Positions 1 to 12,432 are shown, counted from the first letter of the stretch. The stretch: DNA of 64,000 bases from Octopus sinensis (GCF_006345805.1 NC_043010.1:8680001-8744000), one strand, 5' to 3'. Made by a program: numbers and translations. Notes: generated by a model from the sequence alone, not told the origin.

Positions 1-171
1 TCGGAGGAAGCAGCTATTAAGAATGATAGATATATTGTGAAGATGTCTATTAAGGATATGAAAACAGGTGAAATAGTCAGGCCAATGAAGTGTTGAAAAT
101 ATGTACAGTGGGACATTCACCAGTTGCTTGAATGACCAGTTAGGTTGTACAGAAATAGGTTGTTCCCGATA

Positions 172-557
172 TGGAAGCACTCCATTGGTTACGACAATGA
201 GGGTTCTGGTTGATCCGAATCAACGGAACAGCCTGCTCGTGAAATTAATGTGTAAGTGGTTGAGCACTCCACAGACACGTGCACCCTTAACGTAGTTCTC
301 GGGGATATTCAGCGAGACACAGAGAGTGAAAAGGCCGGCCCCTTGAAATACAGGTACAACAGAAACAGGAAGTAAGAGTGAGAGAAAGTTGTGGTGAAAG
401 AGTACAGCAGGGATCACCACTACCCTCTGCCGGAGCCTCGTGGAGCTTTTAGGTGTTTTCGCTCAATAAACACTCACAACGCCCGGTCTGGGAATTGAAA
501 TCGCGATCCTATGACCGTGAGTCCGCTGCCCTAACCACTGGGCCATTGCACCTCCAC
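172..557 (-). mobile_element. tRNA-derived SINE, about 385 bp (probably the octopus OR1 family)
   Basis: Reverse complement of the copy at 63191-63570. Head GCAATGGCCCAGTGGTTAGGGCAGCGGACTC. TSD tgttccc(g/a)ata at 161-171 and 558-568. Confidence 0.85.
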
Positions 558-923
558 TGTTCCCAATAACTGGCGTAATCAATAGCTAAATTAAGTAAAT
601 GAAATGCTCTTGAAAGAAGCAACTGCCAGAGCAATGAAACTGATGACCAAACTATGAATATAACAGAAAATGAGATAGCATAATTAATCAATGCTTAGAT
701 GTGATGCAGTTCATGTTTGTGCCAGAAGAGGATGCCATTGATTCCCTCCTCTTCACGAAACAACAACAAAAGAAATTCTTAGCTAAAAGCAAGCTACCAC
801 AACTAGCATTCATTGCCCCCAAAACGGACTTTGGCTAGATGTAATGCTCTGTAGTTTGGTGGTTAGTAACAAAATTAGGTGTATATGAATAACTTATGGG
901 AGGCCTCCTGCATGACATGTATA

Positions 924-1154
924 TATTTCTTTATTGCTCACAAGGGGCTAAACATAGAGGGGACAAACAAGGACAGACAAAGGGATTCAGTCGATTACAT
1001 CAACCCCAGTGCGTAACTGGTACTTTATTTATCGACCCCGAAAGGATGAAAAGCAAAGTTGACCTCGGCGGAATTTGAACTCAGAACGTAATGGCAGATG
1101 AAATACCGCTAAGCATTTCGCCCGGCATGCTAACGGTTCTGCCAGCTCACCGCC
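924..1154 (-). mobile_element. SINE family C (about 230 bp, GGCGGCGAGCTGGCAG head, Meta/MESC-like core)
   Basis: Matches copies at 1300, 4911, 5611 and 53027. TSD tgacatgtata at 913-923 and 1155-1165. Confidence 0.85.
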
Positions 1155-1299
1155 TGACATGTATAGAGATACTGTGAACAAAATGAGAGTTATCAAGAAC
1201 TTCTGTAATGAATTTGGTGAGCAGATAGGTGTCCACCAAGGCCTCAGGGCTGTGAGAAAAATATGCAACAAAGAGGACTGAACAGGTATGTCAATTGAT

Positions 1300-1532
1300 T
1301 AAGGCGGCGAGCTGGCAGAAACGTTAGCACGCCGGGCGAAATGTGCAGCCGTATTTTGTCTGCCGTTACGTTGTGAGTTCAAATTCCGCTGAGGTCGACT
1401 TTGCCTTTCATCCTTTCGGGGGTCGATAAATTAAGTACCAGTTATGCACTGGGGACGATGTAATCGACTTAATACCTATGTCTGTCTTTGTTTGTTCCCT
1501 ATATGTTTAGCCCTTGTGGGTAGTAAAGAAAT
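1300..1532 (+). mobile_element. SINE family C, full length
   Basis: A/B-box-like head (AGCTGGCAGAA, GAGTTCAAATTCC); core GACTTTGCCTTTCATCCTTTCGGGGGTCGATAAATTAAGTACC. 16-bp TSD aggtatgtcaattgat at 1284-1299 and 1533-1548. Confidence 0.9.
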
Positions 1533-1840
1533 AGGTATGTCAATTGATGTACATGGAAGATGCTAGTTAGATGAAATCATGACTGTTAATCCAAGTGGAA
1601 AGAATCTGAGGAAGAGGAAGGCCAAAGAGAATACTGGATGAAGCAGGAAGAGGAATATGAAACTCACAAAAGAAGTGACAAGAGACCACAACAATTAACA
1701 AGATGCTGCAATGGAGAACATACATCAAATCTATGCAAGCATAAAAAAAGAAACTGAGCACAAGAGGATTATGATGATAATAATCAAGCAGTGTCTATCT
1801 ATATATGTGTGTGTACTTATCTGTGAATATATATATATAT

Positions 1841-2045
1841 TTAGAAAAAAGGGAGAGTTTACGAAAAAAACAAAAGACGAAGACAAGTGGTGTACAAAAC
1901 AAACAGATGTATCAGTATAACACTCAGGAATAGAAAAAGTCTTTTACGTTTCGAGCCTATGCTCTTCTACAGAAAGGGACACAGAAAAAACAAGGAGAGA
2001 AAATAAAGTGTGTGTAGTGGCTAACAATCTATCAAGGCGTCTGAC
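1841..2045 (-). mobile_element. Penelope-like terminal-repeat fragment with a hammerhead-like motif
   Basis: Minus strand CTTT-CTGTAGAA-GAGC-ATAG-GCTC-GAAA-CGTA-AAAG at 1939-1980; homologous to 46084-46226. Penelope assignment is inferred from motif architecture. Confidence 0.45.
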
Positions 2046-2048
2046 TTG

Positions 2049-2284
2049 GACAGTTATGGCCAATTTATAGGGTTACCTAGATTTTTGCATCTATAAAGCA
2101 CTTAGTTTTACAGTGTCTCATCAGATCCTAATGGTCAATGGCTGATAACTTCTCTTTAAAACGAAGCTCGGTTTTGAAGAGAGGTTATAGGCCATCAGCT
2201 ATTAGGGTCTGATGAGACGTTGGAAAGCTAAGCACTTTATGAACATGAAAACCTGGGTAACCCTATAAACAGGCCATAACTATC
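2049..2284. repeat. 236-bp foldback palindrome (MITE-like)
   Basis: 118-bp arms align without gaps, about 90/118 identical, centred on AGCT at 2165-2168. Confidence 0.9.
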
Positions 2285-2347
2285 TTTATCTAAATACTCT
2301 ACAACTTAGAGTGTGCTTCTCTTTTGGATTTATGATTTACTGATAAT

Positions 2348-2747
2348 GTGGCTGTGTGGTAAGTAGCTTGCTAACCAACCACATGGTTCTGGGTTCAGTC
2401 CCACTGCATGGCATCTTGGGCAAGTGTCTTCTGCTATAGCCCCGGGCCGACCAATGCCTTGTGAGTGGATTTGGTAGACGGAAACTGAAAGAAGCCTGTC
2501 GTATATATGTATATATATATATATATGTGTGTGTGTTTGTCCCCCTAGCATTGCTTGACAACCGATGCTGGTGTGTTTATGCCCCCCCGTCACTTAGCAG
2601 TTCGGCAAAAGAGACCGATAGAATGAGTACTGGGCTTACAAAGAATAAGTCCTGGGGTCGATTTGCTCGACTAAAAGGGCGGTGCTCCAGCATGGCCGCA
2701 GTCAAATGACTGAAACAAGTAAAAGAGTAAAAAGAGTAAAAAGAGTA
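2348..2747 (+). mobile_element. tRNA-derived SINE, about 400 bp with internal (TA)n(TG)n and a (GTAAAAGA)n tail (probably the octopus OK family)
   Basis: Head GTGGCTGTGTGGTAAGTAGCTTG..GGTTCAGTCCC; same sequence as at least 8 other copies in the window. Confidence 0.9.
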
Positions 2748-2750
2748 TAG

Positions 2751-3370
2751 GTTCTGGCATGGATGTGTAGTAAGAAGTTAGGTGCTCACCCACATGGTTC
2801 TGGACTCAGTACTATGGTGTGGCACCTTGGGCAAATGTCTTTTGCCATAGACTTAGAATGACCAAAGCCTTGTGAATGGATTCAGGAGATGAAAACTGAA
2901 AGAAGTTTGTCATGTTATATATATATATAAATAAATAAATATATATAAATAAATATATATATATAAATAAATATATATATATAAATAAATATATATATAT
3001 AAATAAATATATATATATAAATAAATATTATATATATAAATAAATATATATATATAAATAAATATATATATATAAATAAATATATAATATAAATAAATAT
3101 ATATATATAAATAAATATATATATATAAATAAATATATATATATAAATAAATATATATATATGCAAATATCTATGTATCAGTATCTTTTAGTTTGTGTTT
3201 GTCTCTCCCTGCTGCTTGACAACTGGTACTGGTTTGTTTACATCTCCATAAAGGAGGGTGGTATAGAATAAGTACCAGGCTTAAAAAAAAAATCCAGGGG
3301 CACTCTGACTCAACCCTTCAAGGCATTGCCCCAACATGGCTGTTGCTGAATTGCTAAAGCAAGTAAAAGA

Positions 3371-3372
<2 letters not shown>
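2751..3372 (+). mobile_element. Older OK-like SINE with an expanded internal AT minisatellite
   Basis: Diverged 5' half (2751-2912) and 3' half (3190-3372) separated by about 250 bp of (TATATATAAATAAA)n. Confidence 0.75.
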
Positions 3373-3418
<46 letters not shown>

Positions 3419-3576
3419 GGGTATATCTACAGATACACACATACACACATACACCATACACATATAGGTATATATAGTATATATACATACACACAGACAC
3501 ACACACATGAATATATTATATATTTTATATATATGTACTTACATGCATCTATGTGTATGTGAAAGTACATATATAT

Positions 3577-3621
<45 letters not shown>

Positions 3622-3623
3622 AT

Positions 3624-3726
<103 letters not shown>

Positions 3727-4019
3727 GCAGACACACACACAGATGGATAGTAACAGACAAGGAAATACATGACTACATGACTAGATATAGACACACATGC
3801 ACACATACACACTCAGGCTCATTTGCATATAAGAAAGCGAAAGTAGATATGACTTAAAGTTGCTTCAAGAGAAATATCGGTAGCATTCGAATGAAAGGAT
3901 TTATTGTTGGCTGGGAGTCGGTGACACATGAAAGCTATCAGTTAGAAGTTACATTAGGAGAAGAGGTATCATTAGTTTGGGTTTGAGGCGATAAAGAATT
4001 GATAGTAACTTGAGGTTAC

Positions 4020-4081
4020 CTGAAAAGAGGTATCGACTAATATACAGCAGTTGGGAAGCGAGAGACTGCCAATGTTTATAT
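4020..4081 (-). other. Candidate 62-nt exon, or start of a terminal exon, on the minus strand
   Basis: Long polypyrimidine tract ending ccatttcgcttcCAG|ATATAAAC (exon start 4081); possible donor CAG|GTAACC at 4020. Lies in a CpG-rich unique island (about 3850-4200). Confidence 0.25.
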
Positions 4082-4662
4082 CTGGAAGCGAAATGGAAAA
4101 AAAAAAAAAAAAAAAGAAAAAGAAAAAGAAATTAGACAAAAGTGAAGACAGAAATACCGAAAGGCACAGAAAGATGATTTGACAGGAGAAGGAAATGGAA
4201 GAAATCGTTTTTAACAATCTAGACAAGGATGGGTGGTGGGGGTCACATTTGTGTCAAAGGAGCATTGTCATATAGCAGTGGGGTTCTTGTAAAGTTAGTG
4301 ACCTGTCTTACATATTCTTTGTATCCTATACTGTACTTTGAAAAACCTGATAGCTGTTAGAGCTTGAGGATGTAAAAATGGAGAGAAGCTTCAATATTAG
4401 ACTTCTTCAAGTTGAAAATCTAGAGATGTACAAAAAATATTGTTAATAATATAAATACTGTCCGTTTTTTTGTTTTTTTTCAAAATACTTTTATAATTTG
4501 TTTTTTTATTTTAGATGATATATTCTAATGGAATAGGTTACAATTTTGTGAAAGGTGTAGGTTTTATGACAAACCAATATGTCTATGGATATACACTAAC
4601 ACAACTGAGTTGGATGTGCTTATACATATGTATTAAAGAATGCGTGAAAAATACATTTGTAA

Positions 4663-4704
<42 letters not shown>

Positions 4705-4910
4705 GCTTAAGACTGTGTGTAGAATTAATATGTTTGCACAGGCATGGCTGTGTGGTAAGAAGTTTGTTTCCAGGCCACACGGATCTGGGTCCAGTCCCAC
4801 TGTGTGGCACCTTGGACAAGTATCTTCTACTATAGACTTGGGCCAACCAAAAGCTTCTAAGTGAATTTGGTAGATGGAAACAAAACCTCTGAGTAGCTCC
4901 AGCAGTTTCT

Positions 4911-5146
4911 TATTTCTTTATTGCCCACAAGGGGCTAAACACAGAGGGGGATAAACAAGGACAGACAAAGGGATTAAGTCGATTACATCGACCCCAGTGC
5001 GTAACTGGTACTTAATTTATCGACCCCCAAAAGGATGAAAGGCAAAGTCGACCTCGGTGGAATTTGAACTCAGAACATAATGGCAGATGAAATACTGCTA
5101 AGCATTTCGCCCAGCGTGCTAACATTTCTGCCAGCTCACTGCCTTA
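4911..5146 (-). mobile_element. SINE family C
   Basis: 17-bp TSD tagctccagcagtttct at 4894-4910 and 5147-5163. Confidence 0.9.
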
Positions 5147-5610
5147 TAGCTCCAGCAGTTTCTGCAATGGACAAGGTATTTCTGATGCTTGTTTCACTTC
5201 ATTTATTTCACCTGTTATTTTTTAACCAGGGTGGTAAGAAGAAATATTGAAAGTGGGAGATGCAAACCATTTGAAATAAATGTAGGTGCTTTCATGGCTG
5301 TGAGGTTAAGAAGCTTGTTTCCCAACCATGTGATCTTGGTTTCCATCCCACACATGGAAGTCTTGGACCTTTGGTCACTCTGGTAAACATTAATAAACAT
5401 ATACATATACTCATATTTTGAGTTCTATTTTTCCTGCTTGCACCAACATACCTACATATATATATGACAGGCTTCTTTCAGTTTCCAACAACCATATCTG
5501 CTCACAAGGCTTCGGTCAGCCCGAGGCTATAGAAGAAGACACTTGCCTAAGATGCCATGCAATGGGACTGAACCTGGAGCCATGTGGCTGGTAAGCAAGC
5601 TATATATATA

Positions 5611-5845
5611 TATTTCTTTACTACCCACAAGGGGCTAAACACAGAGGGGGACAAACAAGGACAGACAAATGGATTAAGTCGATTACATCGACCCCAGTGC
5701 GTAACTGGTACTTAATTTAATCGACCCCAAAAGGATGAAAGGCTAAGTCGACCTCAGTGGAATTTGAACCCAGAATGTAACGACAGATGAAATACGGCTA
5801 CGCACTTTGCCCGGTGTGCTAACGGTTCTACCAGCTCGCCGCCCT
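5611..5845 (-). mobile_element. SINE family C
   Basis: Reverse complement of 1300-1532; adjacent to an OK-like SINE fragment (5465-5600). Confidence 0.85.
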
Positions 5846-6409
5846 ATATATACATACACATGTATGTGTGTGTATGAGTGTATGTGTGTGTGTGCATAGG
5901 TATGCTTATATATATGTATATAACTGTCCTAACGACACTTCTCTCTCTTCCTCACTCTCAGTAAAAGGCTAAGAGCCACAAAAATTAGAGTCTTTCCTCA
6001 TCATGGCAGTTGTACTTAGCAAACTTCAATCACACTTTTCTATCCATATTTGAACTCATAATCGAAATTCTGTTATTCCTGTTATAACTGTTTTTATACC
6101 TGATATGAATGAATGAATGAATGAATGAATGGGTTTGTGAAAATCCGGATATCCAGATATTAAAGTAATGATGGGACAAGAATTTTTATAGCTTCATATG
6201 CTTCTAACTATAAAAGAAAAAAAAACCCCAAAAAACAAGAATTGTTTTTAATGCTTTTGTGAACAATAACACTATTCATTATGTTACAGGTTTCCAACAA
6301 GCTAGGCACTGGTTTACTGAATTTCCAATGGCCAGATTGACAAAAAGTGTCTGTGCATTTCAACCTGAATAAATACCATTAATATTCAAATGTACTTTCT
6401 TACCTATAC

Positions 6410-6631
6410 CTTTTACGTGTTTAAGTTATTGGAGTGTGGCCATGCTATATCACTACCTTGAAGGGTTTAGTCAAACAATTCGAACCCAGTGCTTATGTTA
6501 TTTCAAGCCTACTATTTTATACTATTGTTCTCTTCTTCTGAACTGCTAAGTTATGGGGATGTAAACAAACCAGCATTGGTTGACAAGGACACTGGCACAC
6601 ATACACATGCATATATTTAAATATGCATGTG

Positions 6632-6718
<87 letters not shown>

Positions 6719-6784
6719 TTTTCCTTCTCTCTCTATCTATCTGTCTATCTATCTATCTATCTATATATCTACCTATCTACCTAC

Positions 6785-6840
<56 letters not shown>

Positions 6841-6841
6841 T

Positions 6842-6933
<92 letters not shown>

Positions 6934-7455
6934 AATTTATCTATCTATCTATAGTTGTCTAGAAATTCATTTGTGAGAAAGACATGCACTTGTATATATT
7001 TTTCTATCAAGTGGGTATATTAGTCAAATTATACAGTATCATAGAACCACTTCTGCTGATCTTAACAATGGTCAGCTGAAATCATTCTAAAATACTGTAT
7101 ACTTCGATTAATATATGTACACGTTTCCACACACACACACACACACATAGATACGCACAGGCAACACACACATTTATAGACACATACATGCATATATACA
7201 TATATATATGCACATGCATGCATCCGCACAGACACTCACACAGAAACACACACACACAGATGCACAAACACACAGACACACACACAAACACACACAGATA
7301 CACACACAAACACACAAGCACACACACAGTTTTCATCTAACAAATTCACTCACAATGCATTAGTCAGGGGCTAATAAGGAAGATATTTGCTAAGAGTACA
7401 GTAGGATTGAACCCAAAACCATATAGTCGCAAGCCAAGCTTTTCAGCAATACAGA
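6410..7455 (-). mobile_element. Old OK-like SINE split by microsatellite expansions
   Basis: 3' half at 6410-6590 and 5' half at 7328-7455, with (TATC)n (6632-6952) and (CA)n tracts between them. Confidence 0.55.
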
Positions 7456-7860
7456 AGTGTGTATCATTTGCTAGTGAAGCAAACTTAAGTGAAAATAATT
7501 TGTGTTTTTCCAAAGGTACAAGACAATATGATTAGTTGTCAAGTAGATTTGTTTTTTAAACCAGCAGTTATCCAATTCTTTTAAAGAGAATTACATTATC
7601 GTTACATTGATTTTTTTTTCTTGATATAATAGTTTCAAATTCTATGAAAATATTGAAGAAAAATAAAGAAAAGAAACGTATATAAAGTAAGATATGTTGC
7701 TGCACCCCAATCAGTATAAGAAAAAGTAATATTTTTGTCCAGTCCCTTTCATCAGGGAAGTTTAATAAAGATATAGAGAAAATCTTTGAAAATACAGATA
7801 TACATGAAGCAATAAACTAAAAATGTCTTACTCACCCTCCCTGTTGAGTCTAATCACATG

Positions 7861-8581
7861 CAGGGAGTGAATGTGTGCTCTTCTTTGCAGTCACATCTCA
7901 CAAATGAACCTTTTTTTGTACTGAATAGTGACTGGTGATGAGAAATGGGTTCTTTATAAAAATGTCAAACACCAAAGAGTGAGTAATGAAAGGAGAAATA
8001 ATGGCACCCCAAGTTAAAGATGCTTTTCACCCATGTAAGATGTTGTTATCTGTTTGGTGGGATATGAAAGGGTTAGTCCATTTTGAATTTATAAACCCAA
8101 ACCAAGATATAACAAAGGAGATCTACGGTGAGTAGCTTGAGCAGCTTAAGTTGGCACTACAAGGAAAATGATCATCTTAGGTTTCAAGACAAAAGGTGCC
8201 CTTCCATCAGGATAATGTACAGCCACATACAGTAAAGATGACATTCCAAAGGCTGGAGCAGTCTCAATGGGAAACAATGCTCCACCCATCATATTCGCCA
8301 GACATTGTTCCATCTGATTATCATTTATTTCACAGTCTTCAAAATCATTTGGACAGAAAAAATATGAATTCTCTAGACGAGGTCAGAACAGTAATGGAGG
8401 AATATTTTTCATCCAAGACAAGCGGATTTTGGAAGCAGCGCCTTGTAAGTCTACCACATAGATAGAAGAACATTATAGAAAATGAAGGAGAGTATATTTT
8501 AGATTAAAAAAGAACTTTATCTTAATTTTGAAAAATAAAAAATTATAAAAGAACCACATTATTTAAGGTATGATCCAATGT
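7861..8581 (+). pseudogene. Mariner (DD34D) transposase fossil, 3' part with probable terminal inverted repeat
   Basis: IVTGDEKWVLY (about 7925), MLLSVWWDMKG, FHQDNVQPH, YSPDIVPSDYHLF, with 34 residues between the second and third Asp; ends ENEGEYILD*. In-frame stops present. TIR-like end at about 8550-8581. Confidence 0.9.
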
Positions 8582-8642
8582 ATATATACTTATATGTGTG
8601 TATACATACACTTATAGATATATACATACATACTCACACACA

Positions 8643-8676
<34 letters not shown>

Positions 8677-8691
8677 ATATGTGTGTGTATA

Positions 8692-8992
8692 GAGGCCCAG
8701 TGGTTAGGGAAGCGGACTCGCGGTCGAAAGATCGCAGTTTCGATTCCCCGACTGAGTGTTGTAAGTGTTTATTGAGCAAAAACACCTAAAGCTCCATGAG
8801 GCAGGGGGTGGTGGCAATCTATGCTGTACTCTTTCACCACAACTTTCTCTCACTCTTTCTTCTGTTGGCCTGCTCGCTTAACCAGCGGGATGGCGTCAAT
8901 TGAAGGCTAAAACAATGCAAGGCGCACTGTGACCAGCGATGTGTAGCAACATCTGATAGCCTGGTCAGTCATGTGATCATGTGTCACGTGAT
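8692..8992 (+). mobile_element. tRNA-derived SINE sharing the OR1-type head but with a different 3' part (probably OR2)
   Basis: Matches OR1-like copies through CACAACTTTCTCTCACTCTT, then diverges and ends in ..TCACGTGAT repeats. Confidence 0.75.
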
Positions 8993-9256
8993 ATATATAT
9001 ATATATATGGCAAGTCTCTGTGCAGTTTATCCAGTATCTGAATTGCGCTGTCCCTCTTTAGAACTCAGATCTTGACACAACGTAAAATATATTCTGTAAG
9101 TAATATGCAAGAATTTGTGTCCTACATAAGGGGGTAATGTTTCTGTTATGCTATATTTTAAAGACAACAAGCTGTATTAAACATTTATACCACAACATGC
9201 TTGTATACCACTGTATGTTTGTATTCTATGATGTGATAGCATGAGTATACATGTGT

Positions 9257-9672
9257 ATACTCTTTACTCTTTTACTCTTTTACTTGTTTCAGTCATTTGA
9301 CTGCGGCCATGCTGGAGCACCGCCTTTAATTGAGCAACTCGACCCCGGGACTTATTCTTTTGTAAGCCCAGTACTTATTCTATCGGTCTCTTTTGCCGAA
9401 CCGCTAAGTGACAGGGACGTAAACACACCAGCATTGGTTGTCAAACAATGCTAGGGGGACAAACACAGAGGCAAACACAGACACGCACATATATATATAA
9501 TACATATATACGACGGGCTTTTTTCAGTTTCCGTCTACCAAATCCACTCACAAGGCATTGGTCAGCCCGGGGCTATAGCAGAAGACACTTGCCCAAGGTG
9601 CCACGCAGTGGGACTGAACCCGGAACCATGTGGTTGGTTAGCAAGCTACTTACCACACAGCCACTCCTGCGC
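9257..9672 (-). mobile_element. OK-like SINE
   Basis: Full-length reverse-complement copy with (TACTCTTT)n tail. Confidence 0.9.
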
Positions 9673-9993
9673 TACATTGTATGTGTATGTGCATTTATGC
9701 ATATATATACATAAATGCATAATTACCTGAATGTCTTTTCTGTGCTCTCTGAGGACTATAGTGAACGCAGTCTCTTGTGACCATTTTGATAGGTCTTACA
9801 TGTTTACAAGTCTTGAGTTGCATATACCATCATTGGAAGCAACAAGGAGTTAACTGTGTTATCTGAAGCCACCAATTTATGTATATATGCAAGCTCATTT
9901 GTATGCATGTATGTATATTTTGCATATGTGACTGCTTCAGATATTTCACAATGAATACACACACATATGTATATGTATATGTATATATATATG

Positions 9994-10028
<35 letters not shown>

Positions 10029-10048
10029 ACATATATATGTATACATAC

Positions 10049-10103
<55 letters not shown>

Positions 10104-10118
10104 ATATGTGTGTGTATA

Positions 10119-10419
10119 GAGGCCCAGTGGTTAGGGAAGCGGACTCGCGGTCGAAAGATCGCAGTTTCGATTCCCCGACTGAGTGTTGTAAGTGTTTATT
10201 GAGCAAAAACACCTAAAGCTCCATGAGGCAGGGGGTGGTGGCAATCTATGCTGTACTCTTTCACCACAACTTTCTCTCACTCTTTCTTCTGTTGGCCTGC
10301 TCGCTTAACCAGCGGGATGGCGTCAATTGAAGGCTAAAACAATGCAAGGCGCACTGTGACCAGCGATGTGTAGCAACATCTGATAGCCTGGTCAGTCATG
10401 TGATCATGTGTCACGTGAT
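10119..10419 (+). mobile_element. OR2-like SINE (duplicated copy)
   Basis: Same sequence as 8692-8992, inside the tandem duplication. Confidence 0.75.
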
Positions 10420-10683
10420 ATATATATATATATATGGCAAGTCTCTGTGCAGTTTATCCAGTATCTGAATTGCGCTGTCCCTCTTTAGAACTCAGATCTT
10501 GACACAACGTAAAATATATTCTGTAAGTAATATGCAAGAATTTGTGTCCTACATAAGGGGGTAATGTTTCTGTTATGCTATATTTTAAAGACAACAAGCT
10601 GTATTAAACATTTATACCACAACATGCTTGTATACCACTGTATGTTTGTATTCTATGATGTGATAGCATGAGTATACATGTGT

Positions 10684-11101
10684 ATACTCTTTACTCTTTT
10701 ACTCTTTTACTTGTTTCAGTCATTTGACTGCGGCCATGCTGGAGCACCGCCTTTAATTGAGCAACTCGACCCCGGGACTTATTCTTTTGTAAGCCCAGTA
10801 CTTATTCTATCGGTCTCTTTTGCCGAACCGCTAAGTGACAGGGACGTAAACACACCAGCATTGGTTGTCAAACAATGCTAGGGGGACAAACACAGAGGCA
10901 AACACAGACACGCACATATATATATATATACATATATACGACGGGCTTTTTTCAGTTTCCGTCTACCAAATCCACTCACAAGGCATTGGTCAGCCCGGGG
11001 CTATAGCAGAAGACACTTGCCCAAGGTGCCACGCAGTGGGACTGAACCCGGAACCATGTGGTTGGTTAGCAAGCTACTTACCACACAGCCACTCCTGCGC
11101 T
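10684..11101 (-). mobile_element. OK-like SINE (duplicated copy)
   Basis: Same as 9257-9672 apart from the internal microsatellite. Confidence 0.9.
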
Positions 11102-11421
11102 ACATTGTATGTGTATGTGCATTTATGCATATATATACATAAATGCATAATTACCTGAATGTCTTTTCTGTGCTCTCTGAGGACTATAGTGAACGCAGTC
11201 TCTTGTGACCATTTTGATAGGTCTTACATGTTTACAAGTCTTGAGTTGCATATACCATCATTGGAAGCAACAAGGAGTTAACTGTGTTATCTGAAGCCAC
11301 CAATTTATGTATATATGCAAGCTCATTTGTATGCATGTATGTATATTTTGCATATGTGACTGCTTCAGATATTTCACAATGAATACACACACATATGCAT
11401 ATGTATATGTATATATATATG

Positions 11422-11454
<33 letters not shown>

Positions 11455-11474
11455 ACATATATATGTATACATAC

Positions 11475-11520
<46 letters not shown>

Positions 11521-11709
11521 TATATACACACATATATATATATATATATGTATGTATTTACATACACTCATTCTTCTCTCTCATGCACACACAGACAAAC
11601 ATATTTGCACATGCCATGCATATATATATGAATATATACATATACATATATTGACAAGAGCATGCATCCCTCATCTATATATGTGTGTTTATATCTATGC
11701 ATAAGTATA

Positions 11710-12031
11710 GATACCCCAGGACTTATTCTTTGTAAGCCTAGTACTTTTGCCAAACTGCTAAGTTACGGAGACGTAAACACACTAGCATCGGTTGTCAAGT
11801 GTTGGTGGGGGACAAACACAGATACACAAACATATACACACTCACACGCACACACGTACGATAGGCATCTTTCAGTTTCCATTACCATATCTACTCAGAA
11901 GACTTTGGTTGGCCTGAGGCTATAGTAGAAGACACTTGCCCAAGGTGCCACTCAGTGGGACTGAACCCAGGACCATGCGGGGGCCATGTGGTTGGTAAGC
12001 AAGCTACTTACGACACAGCCACTCCTGCACC
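11710..12031 (-). mobile_element. OK-like SINE, 3'-truncated
   Basis: Homology from accccaggacttattc to cagccactcctgcacct. Confidence 0.8.
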
Positions 12032-12432
12032 TATGTATGTATATCCTTTTTCAGTTTTATTTGAGGATTTCTTGCCAATAGGGAAAGAGCTGGTTTCTAA
12101 CCTAGATCCAAGGCTCCCTCATTGGAATTTCAACATCAACAACAGGGTATTTTTGTATGTGTGTATGTATATATGCAGATTTGTATGCTTTATTTCTCAG
12201 TTATGAGATTAATGCATTATTAAGTAGGGTGTCCTTCACTTATATGGCAGGGAAACTGGGCAACCGGTCTTATGAACCCTCGGCCACAAGTGGACAAACT
12301 AAAATGAACTGAATTGTGATATCGAAAGAAATGAGTGACTTTCTTCATACTTTTTTCCCAAAGGTTTTGGGTTCAAATTCTTTCAGGGTTAACTTAACAT
12401 TTCTGCATTTGAGTTTAGAACTGTTATTGCTT

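Larger units (their letters stand above)
1..1775 (+). mobile_element. Degraded RTE-clade LINE fragment, interrupted by three SINE insertions
   Basis: Interrupted peptides read by eye: VKMSIKDMKTG, NALERSN, LDVMQFMFVP..DAI, QQKKFLAKSK..LAF, QIGVHQG, GRGRPKR. These resemble the RTE reverse transcriptase and C-terminus; many stops and frameshifts. Confidence 0.65.
8645..11500. repeat. Tandem duplication, 2 x about 1427 bp
   Basis: Identical track ORFs at 9251 and 10678, and matching ORFs ending at 9804 and 11232. Units differ almost only in microsatellite length; junctions lie in (TA)n. Confidence 0.95.
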
